Under the pieces are notes generated by a model that saw nothing but the letters and a program-made list of their open reading frames with translations, was not told the DNA's origin and did no database searches. This document shows, in pieces, positions 48,379 to 59,600 of a stretch of DNA of 64,000 bases. The stretch is from NCBI GenBank assembly GCA_051532035.1, contig JAOPTW010000037.1:15053-79052 (forward strand). Reading direction: 5' to 3'. Numbering within the stretch: the first letter of the stretch is position 1; each line of letters begins with the position of its first letter. A program made the translations under genes and the position numbers. Source of the stretch: Fibrobacterales bacterium. GTDB lineage: Bacteria; Fibrobacterota; Fibrobacteria; Fibrobacterales; JAOPTW01.

Positions 48379-50577
48379 ATGTTTCGATTTGAATTATTGA
48401 TTACTCTGATATTTCTATTCATAAGTGTCGGAGCTACCAAAGATACGATAGAACTGAATAGGCAGGAATTGGACAATCTATTTGACATGTCAATAGAAGA
48501 TCTGATGTCCATGAAAATTACATCAGCAAGTTTAAGTAATTTGAAAAAGTCACTTTCTCCTACAGATGTTATTCTTATCACTTCAAATAATATACAGCAT
48601 TCTGGTGCGCGTTCGATTGATGAAGTGTTAGAAATATTTGTTCCGAGTTTTAATAAACTTATTAAAGGGAAGTTTGGTGATGCCATTGGGATTCGCGGAA
48701 TTATTAGTGATAGAAATAACAAAATTCTTTTTCTCGTAAATGGTCGAATCATGAATGATAGGAGTCTGATTGGTGCATTTTCAGAAAGACAAATTACTAT
48801 GCTCGCAGATATTGAGAGAATTGAAGTAATACAAAGCCCTCAATCCGCATTGTATGGAACAGGGGCCATTAGTGGAATAGTAAGTATTTATACCAAAACG
48901 GGATCAGAGTTTAAAAAGGGGGTGGAGGTTACTTCTCATGTCGGCCTCGTAGATAGATTTCAAAATGTTCAAATAAGACACGGCAAGTCAATAAACGATG
49001 CTATGAGTTACTCTATCTATTATGGGGTAGGCTATGCTGATGGTGCCAGTTCAAAGGATGCGCCTATTCGTATTTCTATCGATTCAGTTGATATAAATGG
49101 TGACACAATTGTGAGTAATAAAGATATCAGCTTTTTAACAAACAACCTTAATGCATCTGGTAGAATGAGGCATAAGGCACATGCTCAATTTGAGTTTGAC
49201 GACTGGAAAACCTGGGTTCGCTATGTACGAGGTGGGGGCGACTATAATTTTTCGCAACAGCAACTTTTTAAAAAGGCTGGTAAAAGTGATAGTCTCGTTG
49301 AGCATAGACTGGAGTACTCTCAATTCACAGCTCTTTCTGAATATACCCAGACCTTAGGTGACTTCTCAGTTGAAGGCCGGGTAAGTTATGATGACATGGG
49401 GGTTGTACAGCGTTCAAAAAATAGGATAGATGTTAATTATTTAGAAAAAGAGTTGTACTCTCGAGTGCTCTTAAAGTATTCAAATAATACATTGAGTTTG
49501 GCGGTAGGACCTTCAATGTCTTATGAGTGGTTTGGTGAGCCAGCAGATGGAAATGATCAATTAGATATGGTTATAAATTCAAAATTGAAGGGCTCTCTAT
49601 ATGACTCAACCCAGTCAGATTCTCTGAATGAATATTCAGAGAAATGGAGTACACTCATGACTTCTGTGGTATCCGAAGCTCAATATTTGCTCTTTGATTC
49701 ATTCAAAGTATTACTCGGATTGAGGGTTGATAAGCATAGCTATACCGGTTATTTGCTTTCGCCCCGTGCCTCAATGATATGGGGGAATGATGATTTACAA
49801 GCTCGGTTGAGCTATTCAAGGTCAAATAGAAGAACAGATGATGGTGATTTAAGGAGGGACTATTTAAATTCAGGAAAAAACGAATCCAATGATATAGAGA
49901 TAATAGACTTTTATGAGGCATCAGCAAATTATAATGTGTTTAAGGGGGTGACGGTCTCTCCTTCAGTTTTTTATGGAGACTATAATGTTGTAGGATGGGG
50001 CTGGTCAGAAAATAAATCTGTCCCAATAGGAGAATTAACCTATTGGGGAGCCGAAATAAAATTGGAGTATAGAGATAGACGAAACTACTCATATATTTCT
50101 CATAGCTATATTATGCCCATAGACTTTATACTTGATGGTGGTGAAGAGGCTTTCCCAACAAACAATGTTTCAAATATACCCTATGGCTATGGAAATAGTT
50201 TTCATAATTATCCGGATAATATTGTCAAACTATATACTCAATATTTTATTACTCCTGAACTGGGTATTAATGCTTCATTACAAATATTTGGTAAACTCTA
50301 TGGCGCGCAAGACGCCGTAAGTCACTCAAGTGAAATTGATAGCCCTGTTTTAAACTCATCGTATACCCATGGTTCAAACACTGCATTTGAAGCCTCGTAT
50401 TATTTGAATATGGGAATGAGTTACATAGTGATTGAAGGCCTAACCATAAACGTGCATGGTTATAATCTTCTTGGAATTATTGATGACAATTGGAACAAAC
50501 GCAATGAATTCCAAAGAAATTCTCAATATAGAATTCAACCTCTTTCAGCGGCACTGCAGGTGAATTGGGGATTTTAA
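48379..50577 (+). CDS. TonB-dependent receptor
   Basis: LFDMSIEDLM..ITSAS; plug motif IERIEVI..P.SALYG.GA.SGIV.I.TK; SPRAS; terminal WGF. Confidence 0.88.
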   Translation: MFRFELLITLIFLFISVGATKDTIELNRQELDNLFDMSIEDLMSMKITSASLSNLKKSLSPTDVILITSNNIQHSGARSIDEVLEIFVPSFNKLIKGKFGDAIGIRGIISDRNNKILFLVNGRIMNDRSLIGAFSERQITMLADIERIEVIQSPQSALYGTGAISGIVSIYTKTGSEFKKGVEVTSHVGLVDRFQNVQIRHGKSINDAMSYSIYYGVGYADGASSKDAPIRISIDSVDINGDTIVSNKDISFLTNNLNASGRMRHKAHAQFEFDDWKTWVRYVRGGGDYNFSQQQLFKKAGKSDSLVEHRLEYSQFTALSEYTQTLGDFSVEGRVSYDDMGVVQRSKNRIDVNYLEKELYSRVLLKYSNNTLSLAVGPSMSYEWFGEPADGNDQLDMVINSKLKGSLYDSTQSDSLNEYSEKWSTLMTSVVSEAQYLLFDSFKVLLGLRVDKHSYTGYLLSPRASMIWGNDDLQARLSYSRSNRRTDDGDLRRDYLNSGKNESNDIEIIDFYEASANYNVFKGVTVSPSVFYGDYNVVGWGWSENKSVPIGELTYWGAEIKLEYRDRRNYSYISHSYIMPIDFILDGGEEAFPTNNVSNIPYGYGNSFHNYPDNIVKLYTQYFITPELGINASLQIFGKLYGAQDAVSHSSEIDSPVLNSSYTHGSNTAFEASYYLNMGMSYIVIEGLTINVHGYNLLGIIDDNWNKRNEFQRNSQYRIQPLSAALQVNWGF

Positions 50578-50916
50578 CACGATTCCTGTGAGTGGTGCAC
50601 GATTACCAATGATATGGCACTGTTATCGGGAGTACGCTATTCTGGTGTTGTCCCTCCTGGTGAGTAATAGGCACCTTTAATCCTTTTAATAAGGACTACA
50701 AACAAGGAGTTTTTCTTTTGTGAGTACCTCTGTGGCGGGGAATGCAATAGGTGTTCGTATTCTATTAATGCCTATAGAGCCATAAATTCGCCAATTATTT
50801 GTAAAATAACCCAAGTAAAGTGTCTAAATGACACTATTGGGTAAAGCATTCGTTTACAAACGACTCTTTCCGCCTAACCGAGGTATCTTTGTTACAACTG
50901 CTGGGGGGCATTGTTG

Positions 50917-52140
50917 ATGAGAGAGACACCGAATTTGGGTACTATGCGTACTGTACGTAAAAAATCATTTTTTGATATCGCGAAACCGAAGAAAGAAGCA
51001 ACATTTTTTGACCTCGATGTCGCCACATCACGGTCGTTTAAAAAGAAACCAGAACAACCTATGCACCTCGATATTGCGGTATCGTTTACTCCAGAACAAT
51101 TGAATGATCACTTGTCACTTGAGCGTCTTGATGCTCTTATCCCCAAAAAAGTGATATCTAATACTAAACCTCTGATAGAATCTATAAACTTATCTATTCT
51201 AGGCACCCGACCTAACTCATATAAAGATGTTGTGTTAGAGAGCTATTCAGTTCTGATTGAACGGGTAAAAAGATTGTATACTGATATACTTAAGCAGAAA
51301 GAAACTACAGCACAGCCAGCCTTTGAAATTATCGATACCATTATTAAAGTTTTTGTGAGTGACCGTAATATCATGCTCAATCTCTGTAATCTAGAGACCA
51401 AAGATGATCACCTCTATCAGCATGTTGTTAAGATGGCTATATATTCAGTGAATATTGCTATTGCAATGGGTTGCTCAAAAGAAGAGATTAGAGAAATTGG
51501 TGTGGGAGCTCTCATGTCTGATATTGGAATGGCAGCCATAGCGAAGCGTATTCGTAATTTTAAGGGTACCTACACAAAAGAAGAACTGTATTATGTGAGA
51601 AAACACCCGATATTCTCTGCAAACATAATTGAGTCACTCGAGGGTTTTCCGGTTACTACCGCCATTATCGCCTATCAAACCCATGAGCGATCAAATGGCA
51701 AAGGATATCCGCGCAACAAGAGAGAGAATACCATTCACCGGTTTTCAAAAATTGTCGCCCTCGCAGATGTCTATACAGCTCTTTCGAGTAAACGTCCCCA
51801 TCGTCAAGCATACCGACCTTTTGAAGCGGTTCGCATGATTATTAGTATGGCAGACAAAGGGTGGTTTTCCAAAGAGGTTGTACAAGGTCTTCTGTCGTTT
51901 AGTTCACTCTTTCCTGTTGGTTCAATAGTAAAACTCAATACCAATGCCTATGGTAAGGTGGTCTCGGCAAGCGGTAAGTCTATCGCGGCGCCAGTAGTGG
52001 TCATTTTTACGGATAAAGAGGGGTATCGACTGGTACCTAAACAGTTTACAACAACTGATTTGAGTGTGAATTCTTCAATAAAAATTATTGGCACCAAAGA
52101 TAATCAATTTTTAGCGACTGCTGCTATGGTAGGATTTTAG
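50917..52140 (+). CDS. HD-GYP domain protein with degenerate HD motif
   Basis: LYQHVV, GALMSDIGM (SD in place of HD), HERSNGKGYP, ADVYTAL..RPHR, FPVGSIVKLNT. Start uncertain. Confidence 0.85.
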   Translation: MRETPNLGTMRTVRKKSFFDIAKPKKEATFFDLDVATSRSFKKKPEQPMHLDIAVSFTPEQLNDHLSLERLDALIPKKVISNTKPLIESINLSILGTRPNSYKDVVLESYSVLIERVKRLYTDILKQKETTAQPAFEIIDTIIKVFVSDRNIMLNLCNLETKDDHLYQHVVKMAIYSVNIAIAMGCSKEEIREIGVGALMSDIGMAAIAKRIRNFKGTYTKEELYYVRKHPIFSANIIESLEGFPVTTAIIAYQTHERSNGKGYPRNKRENTIHRFSKIVALADVYTALSSKRPHRQAYRPFEAVRMIISMADKGWFSKEVVQGLLSFSSLFPVGSIVKLNTNAYGKVVSASGKSIAAPVVVIFTDKEGYRLVPKQFTTTDLSVNSSIKIIGTKDNQFLATAAMVGF

Positions 52141-52164
52141 ATACTATACTTACATACACTGGCA

Positions 52165-52173
52165 TGGTATAAT
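52165..52173 (+). promoter_or_regulatory. Candidate extended -10 promoter
   Basis: TGGTATAAT about 125 nt upstream of the GTG at 52300. Confidence 0.35.
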
Positions 52174-52299
52174 TGTCGTACACAGTCACATAGAGAACAT
52201 ACTTGTTAAGAAATGTAAACGATGAAAGTACAAAAATAGGTACAATCTATGATTAAGGTGATTTGAACTCTAATCTATAGTAAGCTGCAAAAGGACTTA

Positions 52300-53385
52300 G
52301 TGGATTTTACTCAATATTATTCAAACTCTTACTCTGAGGCACGGAAGAAATTTTTAAAATTCTCAACAGAGGTGGGGGCAATTGTTTCTAGTGTGGAGCA
52401 TTCTGAGCTAGGGCCTAATGGAGAAAAGTTATATGCAGATTACTCACTGGTAGGTGATCCTCAAGCGAAAAAGGGGTTATTACTTTTTTCAGGAACACAT
52501 GGTGTTGAAGGCTTTGCTGGTTCTGCCATTCAATTAGCTATATTAAAAGTTTTTCGGCAAAACCCACTGAAGGGTGCTGTCAAAATGATCTTTGTTCACG
52601 GGGTTAATCCATATGGAATGGCTTATGGGAGAAGAGCTGATCACCAAAATATTGATGTAAATAGAAATTTTGTCGATTTTTCAAATGAGCTGTCTCGTAA
52701 CATACCCTATGGCTCCTTAGCTTGTTCAATTGCTCCAAGGAATATGTCGATTCTTTCTGAAATAGTCGCTTGGAGTAAGTTATTGCTGTATAGGGCTACA
52801 CAGGGTAGGCTCAAATCGCAGCACGCTTTACAAAAAGGTCAACGCTCACATGAGCGTGGACTCTTTTTTGGGGGGACTAAACCAAGTTGGTCTCACAGGG
52901 TATTAAAAAAAATCCTCAATGATCACAAAGGGGGCATTGAAAATTTGGTAGTGATAGATATTCATACTGGCCTTGGACCATATGGGGAAAGAAATCTATT
53001 TTCTGGAGCTTCTGATCACTCTGAGGAAGCAAAAAATGCTCGCCATATATGGAGTAACAAGTTTATTCAATGCGTTGATCAACATTCTAATACCCTAGAA
53101 GAACTCCCGGGAACTACTCGAGAATGTGTATTAGAAATTTTTCCTAAAAGTAACGTAACTGTAGTAACAATGGAATTTGGGACCTATAATCCCATTAAAG
53201 TATTTCGTGCACTGCGTAATGAAAATTGGGCTCATCATCATGCTGATGCAGATAGTCGTGTATATAGGGAGTCAAAAAAGAAGTTGTTAGACTGTTTTTA
53301 CCCTAATGATTTAGAGTGGAAACAATCTGTTTGTGACGCTGGTTTGTCAACTATTCAACAGGCTTTAAATGTGTTAGGCCGTTAG
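52300..53385 (+). CDS. DUF2817 / M14-like zinc carboxypeptidase or deacylase family protein
   Basis: Y..AR..F, SGTHGVEGFAGS (HxxE), DVNRNF, DIHTGLG, TMEFGT. Confidence 0.85.
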   Translation: MDFTQYYSNSYSEARKKFLKFSTEVGAIVSSVEHSELGPNGEKLYADYSLVGDPQAKKGLLLFSGTHGVEGFAGSAIQLAILKVFRQNPLKGAVKMIFVHGVNPYGMAYGRRADHQNIDVNRNFVDFSNELSRNIPYGSLACSIAPRNMSILSEIVAWSKLLLYRATQGRLKSQHALQKGQRSHERGLFFGGTKPSWSHRVLKKILNDHKGGIENLVVIDIHTGLGPYGERNLFSGASDHSEEAKNARHIWSNKFIQCVDQHSNTLEELPGTTRECVLEIFPKSNVTVVTMEFGTYNPIKVFRALRNENWAHHHADADSRVYRESKKKLLDCFYPNDLEWKQSVCDAGLSTIQQALNVLGR

Positions 53386-53607
53386 GTTTTACACAATTAT
53401 TACATGTCCTGATTAAATTTGAACAAAACTATTCGGAAACACGAGTATAGACGGGTATAAATTACCCCTGAATCATCTCTTATTAATTCCAATTATACTT
53501 TTACGCTGTTTGGTGTAATATGTATCTGTGTAGAGATCTAATAGCCTACTGTTATTTATAACTTTGCTGGTCTTGGGAGATAGCGTACGCTATTACAAAT
53601 ACATTTT

Positions 53608-56600
53608 ATGGGATTGAATATGAAAAATATGCAGATGGCTATTGTCGGAATGAGTTGTAGATTGCCTGGTGGAGTGAATTCACCTGATGAATTATGGGAA
53701 CTATTGAAAAATAAGAAAGACTCAATTTCAGAAATACCTTCTGACCGGTGGAACCCTGAAAATTATTTTCATAAAGAACAATCAGGGAAATCCTATTCAA
53801 AATGGGGTGGATTTATTGATTCAATAAATACCTTCGACCCGAGCTTTTTTGGGATATCACCAAGAGAAGCTCTGGGGATGGACCCGCAGCAAAGGTTGTT
53901 ATTGGAACTTGCTTGGGAAGCAATGGAAGACTCAGGTACTCTCCCAAAAGATCTTGAAAATAGTAATACTGGGGTGTATGTTGGAATATCAAGTCATGAT
54001 TATTGTGATTTGCAAACGGCACATGAAGCACAAAGTTCTATCGATGCGTATACCCAAACAGGGAATTGTAACAGTATTGCTGCAAACCGCATTTCCTATA
54101 TATTTAATTTTAAGGGTCCCAGTTTAGCAATAGACACTGCTTGTTCCTCATCACTCGTTGCCCTTGACTCTGCAGTAAAAGACCTTACCCTCGGTGTGTG
54201 TGATACCGCTCTTGTTGCTGGTGTTCAGGTGTTATTACGACCCGAAGTATTTACTGGCTTTTCAATGGCCTCTATGTTGTCTCCTACAGGGCGCTGTCAC
54301 AGTTTTAGTAATGATGCAGATGGGTTTGTGAGAGCCGAAGGTGGCGGAGTTGTCTTATTAAAACCATTAGAAAAAGCGATTGCAGATGGTGACACTATTC
54401 ATGCCGTAGTGTGTGCGAGTGGAACGAACCAAGATGGTAAAACGAAAGGGATGACGGTACCAAGTCAAGACTCTCAAATGAAATTGATAGAAGAGACGTG
54501 TGCGCGAGCAGGTATTGAACCACACCTCGTTCAATATGTTGAAGCACATGGTACGGGAACAAAAGTTGGTGACCCCATTGAAGCAAATTCTATCGGCACC
54601 GTGATTGGGAAAAAACGTACCAGCAATCGTATCAGCAATTGTATTATGGGGTCTATAAAAAGTAATGTGGGGCACCTTGAACCAGCATCGGGTATGGCTG
54701 GACTCTTAAAGACTGTTGTTGCTTTAAAACATGCTGAAATTCCAGCAAATATTCATGCAGAACAATTGAATGAAGATATTGATTTCGCAGGGCTTGGATT
54801 AACAGTACCGACCGAACATATGATGTGGCCTGAAAATGAAGATGGAAAACCGCGCTATGCAGGTATAAACTCCTTTGGTTTTGGTGGTGCAAATGCGCAT
54901 GTAATAGTTTCTGAAGCGCCAGCCGTCGCAAGCACTAAGGCGCAATCAGATAGTGTAAATCAAAAAGTATTGACCATTTCCTCTCAGTCAAGTCAAGCGT
55001 TGCGGTTAAATGCAATTGCCTATCGAGATGCATTGGAATCCATGAGTAACGAAGAATCTGCATCGATTAGTTTAGCGGATATTGCCTACTCGGCAAATTG
55101 TAAGAAAACACACCACAAAGAACGAATTGCTGTTATTGGATCTTCAATTGAAGAATGGTGTGAAAACCTTTCTCAATATATTGATAATGAAGCGGTAGAT
55201 TCAGTTGTAGAATCAAAAGAGACATCGAAACCTCATCCTATTGTCTATGTGTTCTCGGGAATGGGACAACAATGGGCTGGTATGGCGAAAGGTCTTTTAG
55301 AGTCAGAACCTGTATTTGCTCAAATGATTGCACGGTGCGATAAAGAATTATCAAAATATGTTGAGTGGTCTCTTTCGGAAGAACTATTAAAAGATACAGA
55401 ATATACCCTCGTTGATAAAACCTATATTGCACAACCGTTAATTTTTAGTATACAAGTTTCGTTAAGTGCCTTATTAGAATCGTGGGGAATACTCCCAAAT
55501 AAAATTGTAGGGCATAGTGTTGGAGAAGTTGCTGCAGCATATGTGTCGGGAGTACTCACGTTTGAAGATGCCATTCAGGTTATTTATCACCGGTCGCGTT
55601 TACAAAATAAAGCAGCAGGAACAGGCTCAATGCTTGCACTCGGTATTAGTGAAACAGAGGTGAATGATTATTTACTCAGTGAATACACTGGTGTGAGTAT
55701 CGCTGCGATTAACAGTTCAAGTTCAGTTACCCTTGCTGGTGACACTGATCAGCTGACCCTTATTGCAGAGGCTGCTCAAAGCAATGATGTTTTTAACCGC
55801 TTTTTAAAAGTTGATGTTCCTTACCATAGTCCAGGTATGGATCCGTACATGGAAGAGCTTACCATTGCCTTAGAAGAGTTAGATCCAAATGCTGCTCGTG
55901 TGGAACTCTATTCTACGGTACTCGGTAGTCAGATTACCGGTTTTGAAATGGATGGGGATTATTGGGCTGATAATATGAGAGAGCCGGTATTATTTAAAAA
56001 ATCCATTGAAGAGATGGCGCATGATGGGGCGGCAACATTTTTAGAAATAAGTGCACATCCAGTGTTAATGACTTCTCTTAAAGAAATATTAAGCGAGAGT
56101 ACTTTTGAACACTGTATCGAACGTTCACTCTATCGTAATAAAGATAATACCCATCAGGTGCAATTAATGATATCTACTCTGTATGTCATGGGGTATTCTC
56201 TTGATTGGAAATTGATTACCGGTGAAGGTTCATTTATTAATTTGCCCCGCTACCAATTTAATCGTGAAGTATATTGGAAAGAGCCAGAAATAATTAACAC
56301 TAAAAGAATTCAGAAAAATATTCGACCATTGTTAGGGTATAAGGAGCATACAAACTGGATTGAATTTGCCTTTGATATCAATAGTCATTCGGTTCCTTGG
56401 TTGCCGCACCATAAAATACAAGAGAAAACGGTAGTACCTGCAGCTGCATATATTGAGACCATTCTAGAATCAATGTCAGAATCAATATCTGATAAAAATG
56501 ATACACAATCATTTGCTTTGAATAACGTTGCGTTTAATAGAACACTTACCATTGATACCGTGGTTCCCAAAAAAGTTAAAATAGTATTGTTAGAGGACCC

Positions 56601-59600
56601 ACAATCATTTGAGATAATGAGTGCGACTTCTGGAGAAGAAGAGAAGTGGACAACTCATTCTGTGGGGAGTTACGAATATATGTCTCGGGCTCATTCTTTA
56701 GATTCAATTTCTCACGAATCTATTTTAAAGCGGTGTACTACATCTGTAGACGTTAATGAGATATATAACGAATTTGATCTCATGGGTTTAGGATATACGG
56801 ACCACTTTAAAAGCATTAAGGCTTTGTGGAGTGGTGCTAATGAATCAATTGCTAAATTATCATTACCAGGTGACGCCCAACAGGGAAGTGGATATGTATT
56901 GCACCCCGCTCTACTCGACGGGGCATTTCAGTCATTAATAGCTTGTATTCCAAAAAGCAGTTCAGGGAGATCACAAAGTTTGTTACCGGTGTTTCTTGAA
57001 AAAATACGGGTGTATCCAAAGAATATTGGAAATATGATGTATTGCAATGGTTCTATTGTAACTACTTCACCCAAAGGATACACCGGTGATATTGTTCTCT
57101 TTAATGAACACAATGTGATAGTTGCTGAAATTATTGGTCTGAGATTGCATGCCGTAGAAAATATTCAGTCACATGAATCTACAAAAAATATAGATGCTTT
57201 TGAATATGTATGGCAGTCGATCAATGGCCAAGAATCAATCGATGGATCTACTGATACGTGTACCGATATATTCTCTCGGTTTAAATATGAAAAATCTCAA
57301 TATGGTGCTCGTTTTAACAGAGATACCTACTATTCTGATGTGTCGACAGTATTAAATGAGCTGTCTCTCGGTTTTATGTATCGGGCGTTATGTCGTATTG
57401 GTTTATCAAAAATAGATGAGATTGATGTAGAAGGGCATTCTCTTATTAATCACCTCTCACCTCATGTAGAAAGCCTATTGAATCGGTGTTTGACTCTTTT
57501 GGAGGAGCGAGGATACCTTGAAAAGAATTCAGAAGAAGGGGTGTACCGGTTAATTAATGAATTAGATGTGTCTACTCTGAATGCGCAGTGGAATAGTGCA
57601 CTAGAAAAGTATCCATCGTACCTTGCCGAGTTAACACTCATTGCTCATTGTGGAGATACATTAGGATGTATATTTAATGATACCATAGATCCTGTAAAAT
57701 CTATGTTCCCTCAAATGAGTAATTCATTAGAACACTTGTATCAAGATTCACCATCGTCAAAAGTGTATAATCAAATAACCCGCCAAGCTATTTTAGAAAT
57801 GGTAGCTCAGTATCCAAAAGAAAAAAAGATTCGTATACTTGAAATAGGGGCTGGTTCAGGAGGGTTTACTTCTTCGATAATTGATGCGCTTCCGCAAGAG
57901 CGTACAGAGTATCATTTTACTGATGTAAGTGAAGACCTGCTCAATGAAGCGAAACTTAAATTTCATGATAAAGGGTGCATATCTTTTAGTCTGCTGGATA
58001 TCGAACGAGAAATATCAGAAGATAACAATGAGAAACAGCTCGGGATATATGATATTATAATATCCTATGATATCCTTCATGCGACTCAAAATATTTCATC
58101 TACTATTTCTCATATTAAACAATTAATGAATCCATCTGCCGCTCTATTTCTTATTGAGCTTACCGAGAAAGAACCCTGGCTTGATTTAGTGTTTGGTACG
58201 TTGCCTGGCTGGTGGCGGTTTAACGATCAACGGGTAGAGAGCAATCATCCGCTATTATCAGAGGATGAATGGAATGACCTTTTAAAGGCTGAAGGGTTTC
58301 ACTCAGTTGTGTCGTTTAATGATGATGTAATAGGCAATAAGGGTTTCCAATCGGTTATTTGTGCGCAAGGAGTTCCGGTAGCTCTCACAGAAAAACAATC
58401 TAATTCAGAATCAGAAAAAATAGTCATTACTGGCAGCTGTATCTGCATCTCTGATTCGGGTGAGCAGCATTCTACTCTGATTACAGCAATTGAGTCACAG
58501 TATGATTCAGTTATAATTATTGACTCAAAAAAATATGTAGACGCATCTATTTCAGATCAATTGTCTGAACACCTTCTCAACACTACTGATTGTAGCGATG
58601 TTATCTATTTGGTATCAAATGATATTGAAAATGATCAGTATTTTGCGACACAAAAAATACAGCTACTCACGCTATTAGATTGCATAAAGAGTATCAGTAG
58701 TAGTGCCATAGAACAACCCTCTTTAAGAGTAGTTACTCGGGGTGTGTGGAAGGTCGCAGAAGATAGTTCTTGTAATCCAATGCATGCAGGACTGTGGGGG
58801 TTGTGTAGAGTTGCAATGAATGAGTATTCAGGTCAACACATATCATTGGTTGATCTATCAGAAAAGATTGCTCCCGAAGAAATAGAGCAATTCCTAACGC
58901 TTCTACAAAATGGATCAGGAGAAGATGAAATTGCTATTCGCGGTACTGCACAGTATCAACATAGAATTAAAAAAGTCGCGAAGACGGCAGTGGCCATTGC
59001 ATCCAGTGCCCCGTTTACTATGGGGATTGACAAAGTGGGGAGTATTGATAACGTAGTATTCAATCAAGTAGCACGTGAAAAACCATATGATACTGAAGTT
59101 GAAATCGAAGTAAAAGCAGTAGCACTTAACTTTAAGGATATAGCAAAAACTATCGGACTTTTATCCGAAGATACAATGATGGGGACAGCATCTGGCTTCA
59201 ATCTTGGACTTGAATGTGCTGGTGTTGTGACGTCAGTGGGAATGGATGTAACTGACTATTCTGTCGGTGATCATGTAATTGCACTATTGCCGCGGAAAGG
59301 TATTGGGAAATATTCACTGTGTAATGCGAAGCAAGTATACAGAAAACCAAATAATATAACCTTTGAAGAAGCTGTTACGATTCCTGTAGTGTATTTTACT
59401 GCTTATTATGCCTTAAATAAATTGGCGCAATTAGAGGAGGGTGAGTCGGTGCTAATCCATGCAGGCGCAGGAGGAGTTGGACTTGCGGCAATAAAAATTG
59501 CGCTTCAAAAAAAGTGTATTGTATATGCTACTGCAGGGAGTCCTGTTAAAAGAGATTTACTGAGGGCACTTGGGGTGCATGTTGTTCTCGATTCAAGGTC

